NCBI GenBank assembly: GCA_951406725.2
Contig: OX597814.1
Coordinates: 108,686,001 to 108,750,000 of the forward strand
Source of the DNA: Octopus vulgaris
Lineage: Eukaryota
Reading direction: 5' to 3'
DNA length: 64,000 nt
Notes under the pieces: model-generated
What the model was told of the DNA's origin: nothing
Seen by the model: the letters and a program-made list of their open reading frames with translations, nothing else
Database searches by the model: none
Shown: in pieces, positions 40,901 to 54,692 of the stretch
Position numbering within the stretch: the first letter of the stretch is position 1
How the letters are laid out: each line of letters starts with the position of its first letter
Program-made: the position numbers and the translations under genes

Positions 40901-40987
40901 CTGGGTTAATCCCAATTTGCTCAGAGTATGATTTGCGATGTGATTTTGTATATGCAAATGAACGTTAATTCACTATTCAGTTTACAG

Positions 40988-41019
40988 AATGTTGAGAGAC
41001 AGAGATTATGGGTGATTAT
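40988..41019 (+). CDS. Candidate 32-nt coding exon
   Basis: attcagtttacag|AAT...AT|gtgagt; only frame 0 is open (NVERQRLWVI plus 2 nt). Confidence 0.42.
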
Positions 41020-41355
41020 GTGAGTGATTTGGTTTAAACCACTGAGCTGATTAGGGTGGATATTGCTAGCAAGCTCATTGCTTTCATAATGGAAGTAAAT
41101 TTGTATTATGTCAGTATATTGGTGTGCTACAAAAGGCCATCTGTGTCAATAAAAAAACACACATACACAAACACACACATGCACACAAACACACACACAC
41201 ACACAAGCACACACACACACACTCATGTGCACACACACACACACTCGCATGCACGCACACGCACACATACACACACACACACTCGTGCACATACACACAC
41301 ACGCATGCACACAAACACACACGCACGCATACACACACACAAACACACAAACACA

Positions 41356-41404
<49 letters not shown>

Positions 41405-41479
41405 ACAGTTTGCATAAATGGAAAAGAAAACCCAATATTCCTTCCAAAAATAGAATTTTAAAGACTCAAAAAAAAAAAG

Positions 41480-42080
41480 CTAGAATGTGGCTGGGCAATA
41501 ACAGGTTCCTCCAAATAGCCACCCTCAGCTTTCACCACAGCATCATGATGGCTCCAGAGTCTGGCAGAAAAGTTCCTCACTGTGTCCTTGGGAAGGTCTT
41601 TCAACATCATCTCATTCGATCTTGGGCCCCCAGCTCAGCAACTGTGCCCCGCATAGTGATCCATGGGATTACAATCGATGGGATTAGGGAGCCAGAAATT
41701 GGGGCTAGAAATTCTTCAGCAACCATTCCTGATTCTTTCTGGAGGTATAGCAAGGAGCCAAATCCTGCTGCCACACATATGACTTTCTACCAGCAACTCC
41801 CTCCAGCCAACGACTGATCACAGCCTCCAACAGTCTCACATAGCTGTCTTAGTTGAGCCTTGGTTTCATGATGTCTATGTTATATCTTACAGACTTTACA
41901 TTGTTCACCCAACATTGAGCAGCAGTCATGATGTCCACATTTTGGTACCCAGTGCCAATCATCATGATACAGGTAACTTTTTGGCAATTTTCAAATGGCT
42001 TCCAGTCCTCCGTGTCAGCTAACTTCTTTTTTTCAGCTACAATTTATAATCTTTGTACTCTCCAACAGCATAGACCATAG
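41480..42080 (-). mobile_element. Old maT/Tc1-mariner transposase remnant
   Basis: Minus strand GVAGRKSYVWQQDLAPCYTSRKNQEWL...DCNPMDHY, homologous to 13755-13952. Confidence 0.8.
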
Positions 42081-42829
42081 CTTCCCACCTGTGGGTGATT
42101 TCAACTTACAAGAGGGCGATGGATGAATTTTTAAAAAATAGTGGGTGATTTGAGATTTTGGCGGGTGATGTGAACATTTTGTAGGTGACAAAGAATTTTT
42201 AGAAATTAATTCTGCATTTACTTATATCTAGGCCTACCTAGAATAAGGATACACTTTTATTGATTTGACTACTCATATGAGATGTCCCTTTATTATTAAG
42301 TAAGCAGACTTGGTTATCAACTGAATATATGGTCTTCATATGTGCTAAAAATAGCAGCCAAATATGCCTAGGCCTTAAATCATGCTCCACCATAATTTTT
42401 TTTTACATAATTGTATGAAGTTCTGCTTGTAGAATGCAAATTTGCAAAAATTTTCTGAAAACTTTAAAAAATAAATAAGTTATGAGGGGTTATATGTCAT
42501 GCGTAATTCTACAGTTTCATATCAAAACACAAGTGCTATTTTCAGGATGTTGACAAAATGTGCAGTCAGGCACAAAATGACAGCTTTGAAATCGTATTTC
42601 TTGACTGGGTGAAAATGATCAGACTCTAAACTGCTATAACTTTTTTAAAACATTTTGAAATGGGGGCAGCCAAGCAAACTAGATCTTTATTTGCTTCAGT
42701 AAAGACATGTCATCTGACTCTGCTCTGCCAACTTCTTCTTCCCTTTGGGAATACCATACTGCCTTTCTGATGCCATCTGTAGAAATTCATTGTCACATTT
42801 TCACTTTACTGTTGCTTCCAGTCAATGAA

Positions 42830-43610
42830 ATTTATCAATAGTACAGTCGTGATTATTTATCGTTTGGATTTATTCCTTCTCCTCAGAACTGTCAGTTACC
42901 AATGTGCCTCCTTTGTCATCAAACATTGACCACCAAAGCAATGAAACCTTCACGCTTGAAGTATTACTTTGATGCAAAGAATTCTGACAATGACAAGCTG
43001 TTATCATACTTTTTGCAACTGAGCTCCTCTTTCAAAAAGCAATTACAAACATTCAGCACGCTACTCCAGGAAACTAGTAAACAGGAGAATGATAGGTTGA
43101 TTGCATCGTACCAACATTGCATTGCTTGTTGCTAAGTCTGAGAAGTTTCACACAATTGGAGAAACATTACTTCTCTCAGTTATCGAAGAAGTTTTGTCAA
43201 CCATTATGCATGAAGAACCTGATAACATTATGTAGAAGATCCCACTTAGTAATAACATGATTTCTCAACGCATTGATGAAATGGCTAATGATGCTAAACA
43301 TCAGCTCATTAATATTCTCCAGCATTCTGAATTTACTATACAAGTGGATGAGTTAACTGTTGTGGACAATTAATGTTCGATGATGGTATATGTTCAGTAT
43401 TTCAGCGAAGACCTTCAACCTTGTGAGGAAATGCTGTTCACAGAGAAATTGCTGCTTGATTCAAAAGGTACAACTATTTTTCACACTCTCAAGTCTTTCC
43501 TTTTTGAATATAATATCCCACTGAGTAATATTCTTGCCTGTGTGTTTGATGGAGCCCTTTTGATGATAGGAAGATACAGAGGTTGTTCATCTTTCCTAAA
43601 GTGTGAAATT
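42830..43610 (+). mobile_element. Decayed hAT Buster/Charlie (ZBED5/SCAND3-like) transposase
   Basis: YLSFGFI...PMCLLCHQTL...MKPSRLK, HTIGETLL, IPLSNNMISQRIDEMA, IQVDE, EEMLF, ACVFDGALLMIGRYRG; several stops and frameshifts. Confidence 0.93.
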
Positions 43611-44367
43611 TCCCACCAGATACTAACTGAACGGTAGATTGAATGATGAGCTACAGTTAGTTATCAAGACTGAACAAATTGAAGTGGGCCACCCCAATCC
43701 AGTTCTCCATGTCCCTTTCACACGTGGGGGTCTTCGAAGGGATACGTCCAAGGTATGTGAAGTGTTCAACTTCTAGGGGTTGGCCGTTGAAGCTAATGTT
43801 TGTGCCCTCACACACACACACACATATTTATATATATATACTCTTTTACCTATTTACAGATTTCAATTTGAGGGCTGTGGCCATACTGGGGCACTACTGG
43901 TCTTGCTATGACTTCATTAATCCTCCTTTAATAGTTGGAATTTGGTGAATGAGGGAGTTTGAAGCGAGATCTCGTTCTTGTCTTACACATGGCAATGGCT
44001 ACTGGTGAGATCTCATCCAAAATGGCACTAGCTTCTTGTGCCTCGCTACAAGTCCTATCTTACTTGGATGGGCTCTTCAGGTCATCTGATGTTTAAAAAA
44101 TCCTATTGTAGTTTTAGAATTAAATGTTATTATTCTCTTACTTGTTTCAGTCACTTGACTGTAGCCATGCTGGAGCACCATCTTTAGTTGGACAAATCAA
44201 CCCCTGAACTTATTCTTTGTAAGCCTGGTACTTATTCTATCAATCACTATTTGCTGAACTTCTAAGTTACAGGGACATAAAATACACTAGTCAAGCAATG
44301 ATGGGGAGACAAACACACAAATACATACATACATACATACATATATGTATACCTACATACATACATA

Positions 44368-44431
<64 letters not shown>

Positions 44432-45441
44432 TATGTATGTATGTATATATATATATATATATATATACAGACAAGCTTCTTTCAGCTTCTGTCTACCAAA
44501 GCCACTCACGAGGCTTTGGTCAGCTCTTGGCTATAGTAGAAAATACTTGCCCAAGGTGCCATGCGGTGGGACTGAGCCTGGAACTATGTGGTTGGAAAGC
44601 AAGTTTCTTACCACACAGCCACTCCTGTGCCTATAAAAATACTTGAAAATCTTAATGCCAACCTCTGGATGCTGAAATATTTGGTATATTTTAGAAGTAT
44701 AATCAGTTTATTGTACATAAATTTTAACAATAAAATCTTAGATGGACCCCTCCCCCCAAGGGTCACATGAACCTTCAAGGACCACTGCACTAGAAGGACA
44801 AAGATTCGAACTCATGACCTTTTAATTTTAGTATTCCAGCACTATATTTACACAACCTCCATACCAAACTTTAGCGTGAAATGAAGCACAAAAATATTAA
44901 CATTTATCAAATGGATTTACTTCGCAACAAAGCTAGGTTACAAAAAAGATTATCTTTCTAATATAGCAGAGAACAAGCTTTAAAAATAAATTTTTCTTGA
45001 CCTAAAATATCAGTGGTAAAACTAAAGAAACACTACCTGTGCTACTAGAGATCAAATATTCACCAAAGTCACTGAACGAAGGCCTAAATACCAAACACTA
45101 CACAAGGAATGACTCAGCAATTTACCTAAAAGGTCAAACACTATGTTTTTGGAAAGGTCAAAAGCTAGTATCAACACTTGTATAAGACTATGAATATTAA
45201 TTAGGTCCAGTAAACACGGATTTTATAAACGAGGATTTATTTCGGACAATTATAGTTCTGTCTTTTAAACAAACCATGCTTGTATTGAGTGCAACAGTTG
45301 CCCATTAAATCATTGCTTGCTATAGTGTTTCATATGTTTACCTTTTGTTCTCATTTGATATCCTGCTCTTTTCAATTATGCATATCATTTGTCCTAAGCC
45401 TTTAGTAGCTGCATCAACTATCTATCTGTCTGTCTGTCTGT

Positions 45442-45850
45442 AAGGCAGCGAGCTGGCAGATATGTTAGTACGCTGGGTGAAGTGCTTAGCGGTATTTTGT
45501 CTATGTTCTCAGTTCAAATTCCGCCGAGGTCGACTTTGCCTTTCATTTTTTCAGGGTTGATAAATTAAGTACCAGTTACACACTGGGGTTGATGTAATCG
45601 ACTTAATCCGTTTGTCTCTCCTTGTTTGTCCTCTCTGTGTTTAGCCTCTTGTGGGTAGTAAAGAAATAGGTATTTCGTCTGCCGTTATGTTCTGAGTTCA
45701 AATTCTGCTGAGGTTGACTTTGCCTTTCATCCTTTCGGGGTCGGTTAAATAAGTACTAGTTACACACTGGGGTCATTGTTATTGACTTAATCCCTTTGTC
45801 CTTGTTTGTCCCCTGTATGTTTAACCCCATGCGGACAATAAAGAAATAAA
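45442..45850 (+). mobile_element. Deu/Nin-domain-like SINE with duplicated 3' body
   Basis: Head aaggcagcgagctggcaga, B box gttcaaattcc, core gactttgcctttcatcctttcggggtcg..aaataagtac twice; single copies near 51550-51770(-), 53595-53812(-) and 60522-60757(-). Confidence 0.85.
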
Positions 45851-46253
45851 TAGCTCCCCTTTTTTTTAAACCCCCCTTTTTTTTGTCCTCTTTCTCTCCT
45901 TTTACGATCCCTTTTGATCGAAACTCCCCCTTCCTTTTTTTTTTTTTTTTTTTCTTTCTTAAACCTTCAAAAGAAAAGCTCTACCTTGTAATTTGTTCTA
46001 TCTGTGTGCAGCCCTGTGTGGCTAATAAAGAAACATATCTATCTAGCTATCTATCTATACATACATACAGACAGACAGACAGAAAGGAGAAAGCTAATCC
46101 GAAGGCAACAGATCCAATCCATCACTGGAACTGTAAAAATCTGTAAAACTTTCCAGAAGTTTTTCATTTAAATATATATGAGCATGTCTAGATATGAAAC
46201 TATATGCATGAAAATACATACATAAAACATACAAATCTGCACATACATAAATA

Positions 46254-46317
<64 letters not shown>

Positions 46318-46712
46318 GTGTATATACATACTTATAGGTACATACTTACATCTATACGTATATACATATGCATATGTGGGCACAGGACATCATAATACGT
46401 GTATAACAAACAAATATGAAGTACAAGTACATGAAACATGAACGATTCTTTCGAAAACAAAAGACACAAATGGTAACCAAAACAAACAACATAAAGAACG
46501 ACCCTTCATCAGTTATTGGCTGTTTTTCTAGTCTCATATTTTGAGCATTTCATACATACATACATACATACATATACATACATACATACATACATACATA
46601 CATACATACATACATACATACATACATACATACATACATACATACATACACACACACACATACATACATGCATGCATGCATGCATGCATGCATACATACA
46701 TACATACATACA

Positions 46713-46746
<34 letters not shown>

Positions 46747-46879
46747 CATACAAACAAACAAAAATACCCTGTTGTTGATGTTGAAATTCCAATGAAAGAA
46801 CCTTGGATTTAGGTTAGAAACTGGTTCTTTCTCTATTGGCAAGAAATCTTGAAATAAACTGAATAATGACATACATACA

Positions 46880-47163
46880 TGGAGGTCATAGAGTTCAACT
46901 GTTCTGCTGACATGAATCTCTCTTTGGAAATCAAAGAGAAAGACGACAATTATGAACAACTGCTAGAAATCCTCCAGCTTCTATATCCAGATTATAAATT
47001 TACATTTTTACCAATACTAACTGGTGCACTTGGCTTTGTGAGTAAATGCCGAAGGGACAAACTGGAAAAGCTAGGGTTTTCAGAAAAAGAAATCAACCAA
47101 CCAACTTGCACATCTGGAAGAGGAATAGTGAAAATATGCAAGACTTTTCTCAGTTTTAAATGT
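46880..47163 (+). mobile_element. RLE-domain C-terminus of an R4/Dong- or CRE-like non-LTR element
   Basis: VIEFNCSADMNLSLEIKEKDDNYEQLLEILQLLYPDYKFTFLPILTGALGFV. Confidence 0.75.
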
Positions 47164-47270
47164 GACATTGTTTTTGTTATCTACATTCCAATGCTGGAGC
47201 TTTGTGTCCTTGTTAAAAACCAGCTCCATCCTCAGAAGAAGAATTTAAGTAGTTAACAACAAAAGAAAAT

Positions 47271-47758
47271 ATCCATCAATCTATCAGTCCATCTGTCCAT
47301 TCCATCCATCCATCTGTCCACCCACCCACCCATTCATCTGTCCATCCATCCGCCCACCCATCCATCCATCCATCCATCCATCTGGCTGGCCATCCATCCA
47401 TCCATCTATCCATCCACCCACCCATCCATCCATCCATCCATCCATCCATCTGGCTGGCCATCCATCCACCCATCAATCCATCCAGCCACCCATCCATCCA
47501 CCCATCCATCCATCCATCCATCCATCCATCCATCCATCCATTTCATCTGTCCATCCACCCATCCATCCATTCATACATCTGTCCATCCATCCATCCATTC
47601 ATCCATCTGTCCATCCATTCCATCCATCCATCTGTCCATCCATCCATCCATCCATCTGTTCATCCGTTCATCCGTCTACCCACCCATCCATCCATCCATC
47701 CATACATACATACATCTGTCCATCCATTCCATCGATCGATCGATCCATCCATACATAC
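47271..47758. repeat. (CCAT)n degenerate tetranucleotide tract
   Basis: Direct reading of the sequence. Confidence 0.95.
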
Positions 47759-48060
47759 AGCCACCAACTGTTCCCCGTTTCCAAGCCAAGTAATATATTC
47801 CCATGGCCCCAGACATGTTCTTGCAGAATAATGGAAAGGAAAGGAATGACACTGCTTATTTGACAGAGGCAATGATTTACAGCTATCACATGATGTGAAG
47901 ACGAGGAGATACACACACACACACACAGAAGGGTTTCTTTCAGTTTCTGTCTATCAAATCCACTCAAAACTTTGATCAGCTTGGGTCTATAGTAGAATTC
48001 ACTTGCCCTAGATGCTGTGCTGTAGGATTGAGTTCAAAACAATATGGCTATTATTATTAT

Positions 48061-48616
48061 TGAGTGAGCGAGCAGAGCATGCCATCAAAGTGACACTGGG
48101 GTAAAATACACGAAGCCCAGTATACCCATCATGACTACCCGTCTGATAAGGATACACCAGGCACATGCATCACAACCATATGTGCGCGACATTGTGATCT
48201 CATATCAAGATAAACAGCACATGACCTTGCAGGTGGAGCCCAGTTAGAATTTTCTTCAGATCGAGTAACCCATCCCGCTCAAAAGGTCCCTGAATAAGGG
48301 TTGTTTAAGGACGTTGAACGAAACACCCATGTTTCCAGAGGTGAATTATTCAAACCCCAAAGAATCCTTCTCAACACATGGCTATGATGCTCCCCCACTA
48401 CTTCTGCTTGTGATCAGAGATGCACATATCGTCAGCCACTAAGGGACATGCTCAACTGGTTATGGTCAAACAACTTGACAAGCAAATCTGTGGTATTGAG
48501 CAGAATATTTGCTGTAGCCCATCTTTTATACCAAGACAAAACAATGTACATGATAACACTTCCAATCAGTTAAGATCAGAAGCCATGAGAGCCACTGCCT
48601 GGTACTGCATCAGGGC

Positions 48617-48620
<4 letters not shown>
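48061..48620. mobile_element. Probable non-autonomous retroelement embedded in (TTA)n
   Basis: About 560 bp of complex sequence flanked on both sides by (tta)n and adjacent to two R4/Dong-like fragments; no convincing ORF. Confidence 0.55.
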
Positions 48621-48649
<29 letters not shown>

Positions 48650-48689
48650 TACAGACGTCGCACAGTATACAATATTGTGAGGTTGTTGA

Positions 48690-49050
48690 TTGAAGATATT
48701 TTGTCTTCTGCAGGTATTGAACTATTTGTCAAGTCAAAACAAGGACCTCAGACAGACACTACTTTATGCAATATGTGTGCAGTTCCAAGTAATACTGATT
48801 TTTTGCAATATACCTAGATCGTAGGGTATTTCTCAAGTTTTCAGATGTTTCTTCAGGTTGGTTGGTATTGAACCCAATGCTCCGATGACAATAGACACAA
48901 CCTTTGTGTTTGACTCTCTTAGCTGCCACATCTTAGCAATCTCAATTCTCAGGTCTCCATATTTATCAACCTTTTCATTTTCTTTCATAATGATATGTTG
49001 ATTTCCTGGCACTGATACGTCGATTATTAGGCACTCTTGTTTGTCCTTCC
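48690..49050 (-). mobile_element. R4/Dong-like non-LTR retrotransposon 3' fragment (RLE)
   Basis: Minus strand CLIIDVSVPGNQHIIMKENEKVDKYGDLRIEIAKMWQL...IVIGALGSIP...LLGTAHIL; flanked by (TAA)n. Confidence 0.9.
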
Positions 49051-49079
49051 TAAAGGTTACTATATCCAGCCTTCAGTGC

Positions 49080-49133
<54 letters not shown>

Positions 49134-49159
49134 TATTATTATTATTATTATTATTCAGT

Positions 49160-49583
49160 AGTCTTATTTTTATAGTGTGCTTCCATTTCACTACTGAGCA
49201 CAGCTCTGTGTGCCTTGGGTATGTGCTGTGATGCTCTTATGGTTACTGTATTGAAAGTGTTTTGAGTAGGATGTGTGCAGTGCGCAGTAGTGCTATTTTC
49301 TTTGTGCTATATATACTTATTAGTCCTGGTGTTTTTGTTATGTATTTGTCAGAATATTTTTTTATCATACCTAATGCGCCTACTATGATAGGGATTGTTT
49401 CTGTTTTTAGATTCCACATTCAAGTTATCTCTGTTTCCAGGATTTTGTATTTTGAAAGTTTCTCTGTTTCTTTTAGAGAAACATTGTCATCTGCTGGTAT
49501 TGATACGTCGATTAGGAAGCATCTTTTTTCTTCATGATCTCTGACAACTATATCTGGCCTGTTGGCCTTAATTTCTTTATCTT
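49160..49583 (-). mobile_element. Second R4/Dong-like 3' fragment (RLE with RPD motif)
   Basis: Minus strand DKEIKANRPDIVVRDHEEKRCFLIDVSIPADDNVSLKETEKLSKYK...IPIIVGALG; ends in (TAA)n. Confidence 0.92.
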
Positions 49584-49677
49584 ATAATAATAATAATAAT
49601 AATCATAATTATTATTATTATTATTATTATTACTAGTTAGTTTAGGGTGGAAAGCTAGCAGAATCATTAACATGATA

Positions 49678-50072
49678 GGCGCAAGAGTGGCTGTGTGGTA
49701 AGTAGCTTGTCTACCGACCACATGGTTCCGGGTTTAGTCCCACTGCATGGCACCTTGGGCAAGTGTCTTCTACTATAGCCTCGGGCCAACCAAAGCCTTG
49801 TGAGTGGATTTGGTAGACGGAAACTGAAAGAAGCCCGTCGTATATATGTATATATATATGTGTGTGCGTGTGTCTGTGTTTGTCCCCTTGACAACCGATG
49901 CTGGTGTGTTTATGTCCCCGTTACTTGGCGGTTCAGCAAAAGAGACCGATAGAATAAGTACTGGGCTTACAAAAGAATAAGTCCCGGGATCGAGTTGCTC
50001 GACTAAAGGCACTACTCGAGCATGGCCGCAGTCAAATGACTGAAACAAGTAAAAGAATAAAAGAATAAAAGA
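49678..50072 (+). mobile_element. Well-preserved copy of the dominant tRNA-SINE nested in a Deu/Nin-like SINE
   Basis: CpG-retaining full copy; host SINE head at about 49645-49672 resumes at about 50073. Confidence 0.88.
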
Positions 50073-50268
50073 ATGCCAGACAAAATGCTTAGCGGCATTT
50101 CGTCCAACTTTACGTTCTGCCTTCCTTTTATTCTTTTCAGGGTTGATAAAATAAGTACCAGCTGAGTACTGGGGGTTGATGTAATCGACTTATCCCCTCC
50201 CCCGAAATTGCTGGCCTTGTGTCAGAATTTGAGACCATAATTACAACTCAATTAGTTTTTTGTTTTAA

Positions 50269-50477
50269 CCCTTTTGTTACCAACCAGCTCTGGTTCTGAG
50301 TACAAATGTCTTGTTTTCATAAGTTTTGAATTAAAATCTTCCCCAAACCTTAGTCACAATTTACGTTCCTAACACTAGCTGAATGATAACCAGGTTGTTT
50401 TACTAAATTCTTTGTTATATTTAAAATTAATTGAAAGAAATACAGGGCATCTCAAAATAAATACAGTAACGAAAGGG
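50269..50477. mobile_element. piggyBac-type MITE
   Basis: TTAA|cccttttgttac ... gtaacgaaaggg|TTAA. Confidence 0.88.
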
Positions 50478-50546
50478 TTAATTACTTCAGATTTAAATAT
50501 TTTCCACCTAATTTTAAAAAGAGCTTTTTACACGTTCACTTTTTAG

Positions 50547-50605
50547 TAGAAGCCATTTCAGTAGAATTATATTCCACTTCCAGTTTCTCCATGTTATTGT
50601 CTCCT
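50547..50605 (+). CDS. Candidate 59-nt exon
   Basis: ttcactttttag|(tag) tandem acceptor and consensus donor |gtaagt; phase-2 reading RSHFSRIIFHFQFLHVIVS continues the 40988 exon, but a second frame (EAISVELYSTSSFSMLLSP) is also open. Confidence 0.42.
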
Positions 50606-51161
50606 GTAAGTGTCTGACTCTGAACCTATCAAACAAAAACAAATCAATCAATCAATTACTGATTGTAATTGAGATATTAATGAGAGCAGCTTTGATATGT
50701 AAGGGAGAGAATTTACGTTAAACTATTTTCAGATTTAAATTATTTTTAAAATCAATCCTCCGCCCCCCTCCCCGCCACACACTTGTCTCAGTGGAAAACA
50801 ACTTCGATGCGTTCCACAAAAATGATTAACCGCACACAGTGACATCCTTTTATTTTCTAAGAAAAAAGATTATAATTATCCTTGTTATTAATTAATTGTT
50901 CTTGTTTCATTATAAATCAAATATTTCGTAATGAATCAATGATTTATTCCTTCATCTTTTCTCGTTTGTCATTTACTTGTTTCAGTCATTAGACTGTGGC
51001 CATGCTGGGGCACCACCCTGAAGAATTTCTAGTCAGACGAATCGACCCCAATACTTTGTTTTTATTTCTTGTAAGCCTTTATTTTTATATTTCTATCAGT
51101 CTCCTTTGCCAAACTGTTAAGTTAGGGGAGGATAAACCAGTTGTCATGCAGTGGTGAGGAA

Positions 51162-51194
<33 letters not shown>

Positions 51195-53866
51195 GGGCTT
51201 CTTTCAGTTTCAGTCCACCAAATCCACTCACAAGACTTTGGTGTTGGTGGGTTTACGTCCCCATGACTTAGCAACTCAGCAAAAGACACCAATCGAATAA
51301 ATACCAGGTTTATAAAAAAAAGAAATAAAGAAATACTGGGCACAGTCCACACCACTAAAAACTCTTCAAGGCAGTGCTCCAGCATGGCCACAGTCTAATG
51401 ACTAAAACAAGTAAAAGATAAAAGATTATTCTTGGGTTGAGGAAGCAAGGGAGACAACTCCAAACACCTAAGCATTATTAGGCTTTGTTAGTGGAAATTC
51501 AGTCTTGCCAATATTTTGTTGGTAATGGTTTAATGTAAAGGAGTATCTATAATGACGGTTTCAAATTTTAGCACAAGGCCAGCAATCTTGGGGGAGGGGT
51601 AAATTGATTACATCAACTCCAGTACTCGACTGGTACTTTATTTTATCAACCCCGAGAGAATGATAGGCAAAGTCGACCTCGGTGGAATTTGAACTCACAA
51701 CATAGTGGCAAACGAAATGCTGCTTGGCATTTTGTCTGGCATGCTAACGATTCTGCCAGCTTGCCACCTTAGGAATATCCATAATAATAAGGAGTAGTGA
51801 TGGAAATAAGATTAATTAACGAGTTAATTGAAATTATTATATTACAAATTAAGTAAAATTTATATTATTATTTTTTTTAACAATACAAAATTTTTTCTGT
51901 TTCGCTTATAAAGGTAAATTGGTCAAAGAAACAAAGAAATTATAAATATTATTTCTCCTTTTCTCTCTTAACCTTTCTATTTGCTTGCTTTACTCATCAT
52001 CATCATCATCATCATATTAATCAGCTGGATCACCATTTCAACAGAGATACCGTTAATAGCAACATTTGCTGTCACACAGTTAAACAACATTTTAGATTTA
52101 TTACAGAAAATGTCAGCCAAGCATCACAGATATTTCAATGGCTTAAAACGTTTTGAAATCTGAAGGTTCAAAGACATAGGAATGAATATTTCTGCAAATC
52201 TTTAAATTAGAACCAAATGTCAGGACATATTTCAGGAACTTAGTGCTAACAAAAGAAATAATAAAAAATAAAGAACAACAATATACCAAAAAGCTTTTGT
52301 CTTCGACATTCTTGAAATGTCAACAGCTGTAAAATTCTACAGAGTTCTAGATATTGTCCCCAGTTATGATCACAACATGTCATGCATAGATGGAACTTTG
52401 GATGAAAAAATAACACTTGAAAGATCAGTGTTTTATTGAAAGCTACCAATGTTTTGAAGTTTATCAGAAGGGAAGTTATGAGAGGCTTTAATAATAAGTT
52501 TACCTGAAGACCTTAGTGGCAAGTTTCTTCACCCCTTCTTGTTTTCTCCAAGACCTTAGAAACAAACTTACCACTTACTCATGTTTTTTAGCTAAAGACA
52601 ACAAGCATTTCCTGTCTCCTGTTGGTGCTTGTGTCATGTAAAATGCACAGGTGATGGTGCCACATAAAAAGCACTGGTGATGGTTCCGTGTGAAATGCAC
52701 TGGTGTGGGTGCCATGTAAAAAACACTGATGGTAGGTTCCACAGGAAAAGCACCCAGTACACTTTGTAAAGTGGTTGGTGTTAGGATGGGCATCCAACTG
52801 TAGAAACCGTGCCAGACCAGATAATTGGAGCCTGGTGTGGCTACTAGTCTTGCCAGCTCCTGTCAAGCCATCCAACACATGCCAGCATGGAAAACCAATA
52901 TTAAATGATGATGATGATGACAATGAGGACGATGTTGCTGCTGTTGTCTACCTGAATTTACTTTTGAATAAGCATACTAGCCTGAAGATCTTAGCAACCA
53001 GCTGACCCCTCATTCCACTGTTGTTTTCCTAAAGTCCTTAACTACAAGTTTAATATTCATTCTTATTGTCAGTCAACAACTCGTTAGGAACACTCATTAG
53101 GAAGCAATTTTATAAAAAGTCATGTTTACTACCTTTGAAGATTCTTCTTAATTGATATTTCATTAACCCTTTTAATATAATAATAATGAAGTTCTTACAT
53201 TATAACCCATCAGAAAAAAAGTAGCCACAAGTGTATGGACAGTACAAAGAATAATGCACAGAAACTGAACAGAGAACGAGTCATTTAAAAAAAAAAAAAA
53301 AGGTGAGGACGACATCAGGTATACTGTTGATGTATTTTGGGAAGCATGGAGGTTTTGAAGGATGTAATGTCCTGATGGCTAACAAGTGGTGCGGATTCTC
53401 AGCATGAAAAAATGTTTCTGAAAGTCATGGGTGCTGTGTTGTTTTCTGATTTTGTAAGCATGTCTGTGGATGTTAGCCATGTGAAATTCAAAAAGGTTGT
53501 TGTTGGAAAGATGGTGGATAATCTTGTGGGTGTCTACAAAGTCGGTTGCTAGACGTTGGTACTTTAATGTTATCATATATCTGATGAATATATACTTATT
53601 TCTTTGTTGCCCACAAGGAGCTAAACATAGAGGGGACAAACATGGACTGACAAAGGGATTAAGTTGATTAGATCGACCCCAGTGCATAACTGGTACTTAA
53701 TTTATCGACCCCGAAAGGATGAAAAGCAAAGTCAACCTTGGAATGTAATGGCAGATGAAATGCCGCTAAGCATTTCACCCGGCGTACTAATGTTTCTGCC
53801 AGCTCGCTGCCTTCTGATGAATATATACTGGCAGACAGAACTAGCTGAACCATCAACTGTTTGAGT

Positions 53867-53920
53867 AGTCACTACTGATGATGTCTACAAAATAGGTGAA
53901 ACTAGTCTAGTCTAGTGATT
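53867..53920 (+). ncRNA. Type I hammerhead ribozyme motif, core intact
   Basis: agtcacta-CTGATGA-t-gtcta-caaaa-taggt-GAAA-ctagtctag-TC-tagtgatt; stems I, II and III can all pair; predicted cleavage after GUC at 53912. Confidence 0.7.
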
Positions 53921-54692
53921 CTAGAGACAGTCATGGGGTGGTTTACCTCCCTTGTCAGGGTATATATATTGTGCTCTTCTTACAGCATTAAGAGTTTTTA
54001 ACTCTTATTTCTAGCAATGTAGGTTCCTCGTCAACATCAGTCACATTTAGTGATGATTAAATTTTTCCTATATATGTATATTTATTTATATATGTGTGGT
54101 GGATGATGTAGCGTCAATTATGTAACTAACATGGATTACAAAACAACTGTCAACTAATGGAATAAACATCTATTCTCTCACTTTACTTCTTTTATCTGAT
54201 CAAATTGTGTGTGTGTGTGTGTGTGTGTGAGTGTACATATGAGTATATATGTATGAATCTGTGTATATTTGTGTGACATCACATGATGGCTGTAAAATGA
54301 TTGTTGCTATCATACAAACCGTGTCATTCATATCCAATATTCCAATATTCATTACTTGGAAAAAGGTGAGGGTTGGTGACAGGAAAGGCATCCAGCTGTA
54401 GAAAATCTGCCACGATGAATTCCATCAGACAGAAGCACATAATCAAATGGATGACTTAAAAAAAGAAAAAATGGTTAGTGACTATGAATAAATGAAGAGT
54501 CAATAAGTTACAGCATGGCTGTGTGGTAAGGAGCTTGCTTCCCAACCACATGGTTTCTGGTTCAGTCCCAATGTGTGCCACCTTGGGAAAGTGTCTTCTA
54601 CTATAGCATCAGGCCAGCCTATGACTTATGAGTGAATTTAGCATATGAAAACTGAAAGAAGCCTGTTGTATATATATATATATATATATATA

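Noticed and set aside
41056-41817. Longest ORF in the track (253 aa)
   Set aside because: Chimera of (CA)n and the antisense strand of a decayed maT transposase
42830-43610. Possible domesticated ZBED5/SCAND3-like host gene
   Set aside because: Multiple in-frame stops and frameshifts; a transposon fossil
52025-52163. Possible next exon WITISTEIPLIATFAVTQ of the candidate gene
   Set aside because: Its phase (2) does not follow the 50605 donor (phase 1), the donor is weak, and the adjacent sequence looks like decayed retroelement
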